Below are positions 24,741-30,773 of a DNA stretch of 32,000 nucleotides, piece after piece. This stretch comes from Xanthomonas campestris pv. campestris str. ATCC 33913 (lineage in GTDB: Bacteria > Pseudomonadota > Gammaproteobacteria > Xanthomonadales > Xanthomonadaceae). Under the pieces are notes generated by a model. It saw only the letters and a list, made by a program, of their open reading frames with translations. It had not been told where the DNA came from and did no database searches. The stretch covers positions 967,436 through 999,435 of the forward strand of contig NC_003902.1 of NCBI RefSeq assembly GCF_000007145.1, in the 5' to 3' direction. The translations under genes were made by a program, and so were the position numbers. Position 1 is the stretch's first letter, and each line of letters begins with the position of its first letter.

Positions 24741-24764
24741 CCCGGCCCGGAAACCGGGCCAGGG
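24741..24764 (-). terminator. GC hairpin downstream of ahpC (GGCCCGG-TTT-CCGGGCC on the - strand, extended by CCC/GGG with one bulge)
   Basis: Read directly, 13 nt after the ahpC stop. This is consistent with the published monocistronic ahpC transcript in Xanthomonas. No U-tract. Confidence 0.5.
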
Positions 24765-24776
24765 ATGCGAGGCGGC

Positions 24777-25340
24777 TTAGATCTTGCCGACCAGGTCCAG
24801 CGACGGAGCCAAGGTCTTGGCGCCTTCCTTCCACTTGGCCGGGCAGACCTGGCCAGGATTGTTGGCCACGAACTGTGCCGCGGTCAGCTTGCGCAGCGTC
24901 TCGGTGACGTCGCGGGCGATGGAGTTGTCGTGGATTTCCAGGGTCTTGATCACGCCTTCCGGATTGATGATGAAGGTGCCGCGCAGGGCCAGGCCTTCTT
25001 CTTCAATGTGCACGCCGAACGCGCGGGTCAGCTTGTGGGCCGGGTCGCCGATCAGCGGGAACTGCGCCTTGCCCACGGCCGGGGAGGTTTCGTGCCACAC
25101 CTTGTGCGAGAAGTGCGTGTCGGTGGTGACGATGTACACCTCGGCGCCGGCCTTCTGGAACGCGGCGTAGTTGTCAGCGGCGTCTTCCACTTCGGTCGGG
25201 CAGTTGAAGGTGAAGGCGGCCGGCATGAAGATCAGCACCGACCACTTGCCCTTCAGGCTTGCTTCGGTGACCTCAATGAAGTTGCCGTTGTGGTACGCGT
25301 TCGCCTTGAAGGGCTGGACCTGGGTGTTGATGAGAGACAT
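24777..25340 (-). CDS. ahpC: Alkyl hydroperoxide reductase subunit C (typical 2-Cys peroxiredoxin)
   Basis: 187 aa, ATG 25340 with AAGAGGAA RBS. Peroxidatic Cys in FTFNCPTE, resolving Cys in GQVCPAKW. Confidence 0.97.
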   Translation of the reverse strand: MSLINTQVQPFKANAYHNGNFIEVTEASLKGKWSVLIFMPAAFTFNCPTEVEDAADNYAAFQKAGAEVYIVTTDTHFSHKVWHETSPAVGKAQFPLIGDPAHKLTRAFGVHIEEEGLALRGTFIINPEGVIKTLEIHDNSIARDVTETLRKLTAAQFVANNPGQVCPAKWKEGAKTLAPSLDLVGKI

Positions 25341-25387
25341 TGAGTTTCCTCTTGCGGTGAAGGGGGTTGGGGGACGGAACAGGCGCC

Positions 25388-25453
25388 ATGGTAGGTAGGA
25401 TCAATAGATATCTCAAATCGATTGATGGAATTGCATAGATAGGCTGCGGCTAT
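25388..25453 (-). promoter_or_regulatory. Putative ahpC promoter (-35 TTGAGA 25411-25416, N17, -10 TACCAT 25388-25393) abutted by an OxyR-type tetrad ATCG-N7-GAAT-N7-ATAG-N7-CTAT (25417-25453)
   Basis: Read directly in the only strongly AT-rich stretch of the ahpC-prmC divergent spacer. The distal half, ATAG-gctgcgg-CTAT (25439-25453), is a perfect half of the E. coli-type OxyR motif. Confidence 0.45.
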
Positions 25454-25539
25454 CAAAACGTCAGACTGGCTCTGGCGTGCGCACCTGCTGCCATCCCCGA
25501 TAATGGTCGGCCGATGTTTCGCACAAGTGAAGTTGCCGC

Positions 25540-26391
25540 ATGTCTGAGGCTCCCGCCGTCATGTCCGCCGAACAGCTGCTGCGCGAGGCGGTCATCCGCA
25601 TTGCGCGCAGCGACGCGGAGCCCTTGCTGCTGCATGCGCTGGGGCGCGACCGCGCCTGGTTGTTCGCGCATGGGCGCGATCCGGTGCCGGCTGAGCAGGC
25701 GCAGCGCTTCGGCGCGCTGGTGGAGCGGCGTCACCAGGGAGAGCCGGTGGCCTACCTGACCGGCTCGCGCGGGTTCTGGACCCTGGACCTGGCGGTCTCC
25801 ACCGCCACGCTGATCCCGCGCGCCGATACCGAAACGCTGGTGGAGCTGGCGCTGGAACGCCTGGAGCTGACCGCCGGCGTCCGGGTGGTCGATCTGGGTA
25901 CCGGCAGCGGCGCGATCGCGCTGGCAATTGCCAGCGAGCGGCCGCAGGCGCAACTGATCGCCACCGATGCCAGTGCCGATGCCCTGGCCATTGCCCGGCA
26001 CAACGCGCACGCGCATGGGCTGCACAACGTGGAGTGCCGCCTAGGCCACTGGCTGCAACCGCTGGCCGGCGAGCGGTTCGATCTGATCGCCAGCAATCCG
26101 CCCTACATCGCCGCTGCGGACCCGCATCTGCAGCAGGGCGATCTGCGCTATGAGCCGGCGAGCGCGCTGGCCTCCGGCAGCGACGGCCTGGATGACATCC
26201 GTTTGATCGTGGCTGATACCCCCGCCCATCTGCTGGCAGGCGGCTGGCTGCTGCTCGAGCACGGCTGGGACCAGGGCGAGGCGGTGGCCGCGCTGTTGAT
26301 CGCGCGTGGGTTTGCAGCGGTGGCGACCCACCAGGACCTGGAGCAGCGCGACCGCGTCACGCTGGGGCAGTGGCCGCACGCTGCGGGGTGA
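25540..26391 (+). CDS. prmC: Release-factor glutamine N5-methyltransferase PrmC (HemK)
   Basis: 283 aa, ATG 25540. SAM motif [13 protein letters not shown] and catalytic NPPY (IASNPPYI). Confidence 0.9.
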
Positions 26392-26565
26392 TCCCGGCGC
26401 ATGCGGCAGCGGTTCTGTTTGCACTGTCGAGCAAGCAACTGCCCTGAAGGACGGATTCCACACCAAGCTGTGTGCCTGCGCGCAGCGCCATGTCCCTGCG
26501 CATCGCCGCGCGGCGTGCCTCTGGCAGCAGCCGATACAATGCGGGCTTTCCCGCAGGACCGACGC

Positions 26566-27507
26566 ATGCGCACGCTCTATCCCGAGATCACGCCCTTCGA
26601 CCAGGGCACCCTCCAGGTCGACGACCGCCACACCCTCTACTTCGAGCAATGCGGTAACCCGCAGGGCAAGCCGGTGGTGATGCTGCATGGTGGCCCGGGC
26701 GGCGGCTGCAATACCAAGATGCGGCGGTTCCATGACCCGGCCAAGTACCGCATCGTGCTGTTCGACCAGCGTGGCGCCGGCCGCTCCACGCCGCATGCCG
26801 ATCTCACAGACAACACCACCTGGGATCTGGTCGCCGACATCGAACGGCTGCGTGCGCATCTGGGGATCGACCGCTGGCAGGTGTTTGGCGGCAGCTGGGG
26901 CTCGACCCTGGCGCTGACGTACGCGCAGACCCATCCGCAGCAGGTCACCGAGCTGGTGTTGCGCGGCATCTTCCTGCTGCGCCGCTGGGAGCTGGAGTGG
27001 TTCTACCAGGAAGGCGCGAGCCGGCTGTTCCCGGATGCGTGGGAGCATTACATCGCCGCGATTCCCGCAGAGGAACGGCACGACCTGATCTCCGCTTTCC
27101 ATCGCCGCCTCACCAGCACCGATGAAGCCACCCGCCTGGCCGCCGCCAAGGCCTGGAGCGTGTGGGAAGGCGCCACCAGCTTCCTGCATGTGGACGAGGA
27201 TTTCGTCACCGGTCATGAGGACGCGCATTTCGCGCTGGCCTTTGCACGTATCGAGAACCACTACTTCGTCAACGGCGGCTTCTTCGATGCCGAAGACAAG
27301 CTGCTGCGCGACGCGCACCGCATCGCCGAGATTCCCGGTGTGATCGTGCAGGGGCGCTACGACGTGGTGTGCCCGATGCAGAGCGCGTGGGAGCTGCACA
27401 AGGCCTGGCCGAAGGCCGAGTTGAAGATCAGCCCGGCGGCCGGTCACTCGGCCTTCGAGCCGGAGACTGTCGACGCGCTGGTGCGTGCGACCGACAGCTT
27501 CGCCTGA
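26566..27507 (+). CDS. pip: Proline iminopeptidase (alpha/beta hydrolase)
   Basis: ATG 26566 gives 313 aa beginning MRTLYPEITPF.... It is near-identical in pattern to the structurally characterised Xanthomonas Pip: HGGPGGG, nucleophile GGSWGSTL, C-terminal GHSAFEPE. Confidence 0.95.
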   Translation: MRTLYPEITPFDQGTLQVDDRHTLYFEQCGNPQGKPVVMLHGGPGGGCNTKMRRFHDPAKYRIVLFDQRGAGRSTPHADLTDNTTWDLVADIERLRAHLGIDRWQVFGGSWGSTLALTYAQTHPQQVTELVLRGIFLLRRWELEWFYQEGASRLFPDAWEHYIAAIPAEERHDLISAFHRRLTSTDEATRLAAAKAWSVWEGATSFLHVDEDFVTGHEDAHFALAFARIENHYFVNGGFFDAEDKLLRDAHRIAEIPGVIVQGRYDVVCPMQSAWELHKAWPKAELKISPAAGHSAFEPETVDALVRATDSFA

Positions 27508-27521
27508 GAAGGCGCGCGGTG

Positions 27522-27544
27522 AGCGGCCGGCATGTCCGGCCGCT
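27522..27544 (+). terminator. Stem-loop AGCGGCCGG-CATGT-CCGGCCGCT after pip
   Basis: A 9-bp perfect stem 15 nt after the pip stop. No T-run. Confidence 0.45.
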
Positions 27545-27588
27545 GACCAAGCTGCCGCAGTAGATGCGTTGCCGAATGCAACGCGCCA

Positions 27589-27608
27589 ATGCAATGCGAT
27601 GCAATGCG
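27589..27608. repeat. Exact tandem duplication of the 10-mer ATGCAATGCG, with a third related copy (AATGCAACGCG) just upstream
   Basis: Read directly: 27589-27598 equals 27599-27608. Confidence 0.7.
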
Positions 27609-27625
27609 CTAAGGCAACGACCACT

Positions 27626-27697
27626 ACGTAGGAGCGCGCTTGCGGCGCGAGGGGATTTACCGATAACGCCCCATCGCGCGCAAGCGCGCTCCTACGT
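27626..27697. repeat. GTAG-type REP doublet (REPIN-like long hairpin), copy 2
   Basis: 27626-27644 (ACGTAGGAGCGCGCTTGCG) is perfectly complementary to 27679-27697. The stem continues for 9 more bp with two 1-nt bulges, and the loop is 14 nt. It shares the CGTAGGAGCGC core with 14346-14416. Confidence 0.65.
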
Positions 27698-27752
27698 CGC
27701 TTGCAGCCCGGCAAACCATCGCGGCGTTTAGCTCAACAAACCAGCGCGGTAC

Positions 27753-28544
27753 TTAGCCCGGCAAACCCTCCGCCAGCGGCGGCAACAGCCGCGCCAGCCG
27801 CTGTGCCCAGGCGGCCTGGCCGGCGGCGTCGCTGATCAGGTCCTGGCGGATTTCCAGCTCCACATGCGGCAGGCCGCGGCCTTCGCCGTACACCGGAATC
27901 GCGTAGTCGGTGGCATCGCTCACCGCATACGGCTGGTTGTCGCCCACCACCAGATCAGGTTCCGCGCGCAAAGCCTGCAGCAGCCGATGCGCCAGGCGCG
28001 TGTCGCGGTTGTACAGCACGCCCGCATGCCAGGGCCGTGCGATCCCGGCCATCACCGGGGTGAAGCTGTGCATCGAGACCAGCAGCGTGGGCTGGGTGCG
28101 TGCCGCGCGTGCGTCCAGTTCGGCGGCAATGCGCGCGTGGTACGGCGCAAAGATGGCGTCGATACGTTGCTGGCGCGCGCTGGCGGTCAGCCCGGCGTTG
28201 CCTGGAATCGGCGTGCTGTCGCTGACCTCCGGCATCAGGCTGGCGGCAGCGTGCGGGCGGTTGCAGTCGATCACCAGCCGCGAATAGGTCTGGCTGATCG
28301 AAAACGCGTCCAGCTGCTCGGCCAACCGGCGCGTGACCTCGGCAATGCCGATGTCCCAGCCGATATGCCGGTCGAGTTCGTGCTGCGGCAGGCCGAGGTT
28401 GTGCAAGCGCGCCGGCACGCGTTGCCCGGCGTGATCGGCGATCAACAACCACGGCGATGCGCCTTGCGCGTTGCGCACCGTGAACGGCGCGGGGTCATCC
28501 GGGCCGAGCAGCGGGGCGGCCACCTCAACCACGCGGCGTGCCAT
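27753..28544 (-). CDS. N-formylglutamate amidohydrolase (FGase) family protein
   Basis: ATG 28544 (MARRVVEV...) overlaps the upstream gene by 20 nt; an alternative GTG at 28523 sits just after that stop. Family motifs are LLIADHAGQRVP, VIDCNR, FAPYH and LVSMHSFTP. Confidence 0.8.
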   Translation of the reverse strand: MARRVVEVAAPLLGPDDPAPFTVRNAQGASPWLLIADHAGQRVPARLHNLGLPQHELDRHIGWDIGIAEVTRRLAEQLDAFSISQTYSRLVIDCNRPHAAASLMPEVSDSTPIPGNAGLTASARQQRIDAIFAPYHARIAAELDARAARTQPTLLVSMHSFTPVMAGIARPWHAGVLYNRDTRLAHRLLQALRAEPDLVVGDNQPYAVSDATDYAIPVYGEGRGLPHVELEIRQDLISDAAGQAAWAQRLARLLPPLAEGLPG

Positions 28545-29076
28545 CCAGTGCGTGGTCGACCAGGTACAGGCCGGCCCACAACTTGGGGTCCATCTGGTAG
28601 CCCTCGGCCATCTTCTGCACCAGCCACGCGCCCACCTGTGCGCGCGGGATTTCATGCACGGTGATGTCTTCGCTTGCATCGCCGCCGCCTGCGCCGACCT
28701 TGCGCAAGCCGGTGGCGCGCACGAAGGCGATCTTCTCGCTGCTGGCGCCGGCCGAGGTGGGGCCGATCATCAGCACTTCGGCATGGTCGGCGGTCCAGCC
28801 GGTTTCTTCTTCCAGTTCGCGGATCGCCGATAGCTCGATGGATTCATCGGCATGGATATCGCCCACCAGCCCGGCGGGCATTTCGATGGTGCGCGCCTGC
28901 AACGGCACGCGGAATTGTTCGACGAACAGCATTGCATCGTCCGGCGTCACCGCCACGATGATCGCGGCCAGCCCGCCGGCATGTACGCGCTCGGAATATT
29001 CCCAGGTGCCGCGAACCACCATGCGCTGGTACTTGCCTTCGTAGACCACGGTGGGCGGAGTGTCGTGTCGATTCAT
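28525..29076 (-). CDS. Nudix hydrolase, ADP-ribose pyrophosphatase (NudF)-like
   Basis: ATG 29076 overlaps the upstream stop (ATGA). 183 aa. The Nudix box GLVGDIHADESIELSAIRELEEETG is encoded at 28798-28872. The N-terminal YEGKYQRMVV...FVEQFRVPL...EMPAG is NudF-like. Confidence 0.85.
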   Translation of the reverse strand: MNRHDTPPTVVYEGKYQRMVVRGTWEYSERVHAGGLAAIIVAVTPDDAMLFVEQFRVPLQARTIEMPAGLVGDIHADESIELSAIRELEEETGWTADHAEVLMIGPTSAGASSEKIAFVRATGLRKVGAGGGDASEDITVHEIPRAQVGAWLVQKMAEGYQMDPKLWAGLYLVDHALDGTPRG

Positions 29077-30071
29077 GGAAAGGGACCTTGGGACAGGGAA
29101 GCGGGAGGTGGCGGCAACACGGCGCCGCCACTGGCGGCCAGCAGGCGCCGGCGCGTGAGCGGGCCAAAGCGCAGGCTGTCGCACAGGCCGGTCAGCATGT
29201 CGGTATCGGCGGGGGCGCGCGTGAAGCCGGACTCGGTGAGTTCCAGCGGCGCATCGAGCGCGATGGTGGTGAGCTGACGCCACAGCAAGGCGTGCTCGCG
29301 CTGTTCGCGCAACCGCAGCGCCATTTGCGCAGCGCCGCGCAAGCGCAGGAACGGCAGCTCGTCCAGCCGTTCGAGCAGGGCATCCAGGCTGCCGAAGTGC
29401 GCCAGCAGCACCGCTGCGGACTTGGCGCCGATGCCGGTGATGCCGGGGATGTTGTCGATCGCATCGCCGCACAGCGCCAGGTAGTCGGCCATCTGGTGCG
29501 CGTGCACGCCATGACGTGCCTTCACCCCGTCCATGCCCCAGCGCACATTGCGCGCGTAGTCCCACTGTTCGTCGTGTTCGAACAACAGCTGCGACAAGTC
29601 CTTGTCGGCCGAGACGATGATGCCGCGCAGGCCCCGCGCACGCGCGCTGTGCAGCGCGCTGCCAATCAGGTCGTCGGCTTCGTATTCGCGATGGGCCAGC
29701 ACGCTCAGCCCCAATGCCGCGCACAGTGCCTTGCAATGCGCGAACTGGCGGCGCAGTGCGTCCGGCGCGGGCTCGCGGTTGCCCTTGTAAGCAGGGTAGA
29801 TCGCATGCCGGAAACAACTGTCCAGCGCTTCGTCGAACGCGATGGTGATGTGCTGCGGGCGCTCGCGTTCGAGCAGATCCAGCAGGAAGCGGGCAAAGCC
29901 ATGCACCGCATTGGTGGGCCAGCCCTGCGCGTCCTGGAACTCGTCCGGGATCGAATGCCAGGCGCGGAACACGTACAGGCTGGCATCAACCAGATACAGC
30001 GGCACCGGGCGCGGCGTCCGCAGCGCCGCGGCAAGCGGCGCGGTGGCAAGCGGGGGCGCGGGCGTGGTCAC
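29073..30071 (-). CDS. FEN-type 5'-3' exonuclease (Xni/ExoIX-like; PIN-like N domain plus H3TH)
   Basis: Conserved blocks are LYLVDASLYVFRAWH, AFDEA...FRHAIYPAYKGNR, EADDLIGS, VSADKDLSQL and LCGDAIDNIPGITGIGAKSA. There is no in-frame ATG near the homology start. GTG 30071 overlaps the nitroreductase stop (GTGA); an alternative GTG is at 30005. Confidence 0.8.
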   Translation of the reverse strand: MTTPAPPLATAPLAAALRTPRPVPLYLVDASLYVFRAWHSIPDEFQDAQGWPTNAVHGFARFLLDLLERERPQHITIAFDEALDSCFRHAIYPAYKGNREPAPDALRRQFAHCKALCAALGLSVLAHREYEADDLIGSALHSARARGLRGIIVSADKDLSQLLFEHDEQWDYARNVRWGMDGVKARHGVHAHQMADYLALCGDAIDNIPGITGIGAKSAAVLLAHFGSLDALLERLDELPFLRLRGAAQMALRLREQREHALLWRQLTTIALDAPLELTESGFTRAPADTDMLTGLCDSLRFGPLTRRRLLAASGGAVLPPPPASLSQGPFP

Positions 30072-30643
30072 GGCGTCCAGTCGCGCAGCAGTGCGCGTGG
30101 GTCGGGGCGCTCGCGCTCGGGCACCTGCATGCGCGGTGTGCCGATGTGGATGAAGCCGACCACGCGCTCGTGTTCGCCCAGCCCCAGATACCCGGCCACC
30201 GCCGGGTCGTAGGCCATCCAGGCGGTCAGCCATTGCGCACCGAAGCCATGCGCCTGCGCAGCCTGCAGCAGCGCAAAGCAGACGCAGCCTGCGGTCATCA
30301 ACTGTTCCTGCTCGGGCACCTTGTGCTCCGGCTGCAGCGTGGCGATAACCGTAATTACCAGTGGCGCCTGGCTGAAGCGTTCGCGGTCCTTTTGCACGGC
30401 CGCTGGCGGCGTCAACGGATCGCCTGCCAGGGTGCGTTCGGCCAGGAACTCGCCCAGCGCCTGCCGTGCATCGCCGGCAATGCGCAGGAAGCGGAACGGC
30501 ACCAGCTTGCCGTGGTCGGGCACGCGCACCGCCGAGGTAAGCATGCGTAACAAGGTGGCCTCGTCCGGGCCGGGCTCGCCGAGTTGTTTGGAGGGAACCG
30601 AGCGGCGGGCGTCCAGCGCCTGGAGCGAATACGGTGCGTGCAT
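30068..30643 (-). CDS. Nitroreductase-family flavoprotein (YdjA-like small NAD(P)H nitroreductase)
   Basis: 191 aa, ATG 30643. The pattern RRSV...L....P..E.L..ML..A.R.PDHG.L.P.RF and the C-terminal GxxxIGxP are typical of the family. Confidence 0.8.
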   Translation of the reverse strand: MHAPYSLQALDARRSVPSKQLGEPGPDEATLLRMLTSAVRVPDHGKLVPFRFLRIAGDARQALGEFLAERTLAGDPLTPPAAVQKDRERFSQAPLVITVIATLQPEHKVPEQEQLMTAGCVCFALLQAAQAHGFGAQWLTAWMAYDPAVAGYLGLGEHERVVGFIHIGTPRMQVPERERPDPRALLRDWTP

Positions 30644-30773
30644 AATTCCGGATCACGGCGGGGGTGCTCGATTATAGACGGGCCCTTCCCAACGCCCGTT
30701 GCACCATGGCCGGCCGGGCGCTGTCCGCCTGCCATGGCAGATCCTTCTTCATGCGTGCCCTTCGCGTCGTCCG

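Noticed and set aside
23274-25343. 689-aa + strand ORF opposite ahpF and ahpC
   Set aside because: It is antisense to two unmistakable peroxiredoxin-system genes and crosses their intergenic hairpin region. It is not coding.
26566-27507. pip as part of the plant-signal LuxR-solo (XccR/OryR)-pip locus known from Xanthomonas
   Set aside because: No LuxR-solo gene or lux-box-like element flanks this pip. The upstream gene is prmC. The only LuxR-type gene in the window (16814-17521) is 9 kb away, has a GAF rather than an autoinducer-binding domain, and belongs to a different operon.
26041-27714. 557-aa - strand ORF opposite prmC and pip
   Set aside because: It is antisense to prmC (NPPY) and pip (GGSWGS). 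It also runs through the REP-containing spacer. It is a shadow ORF.
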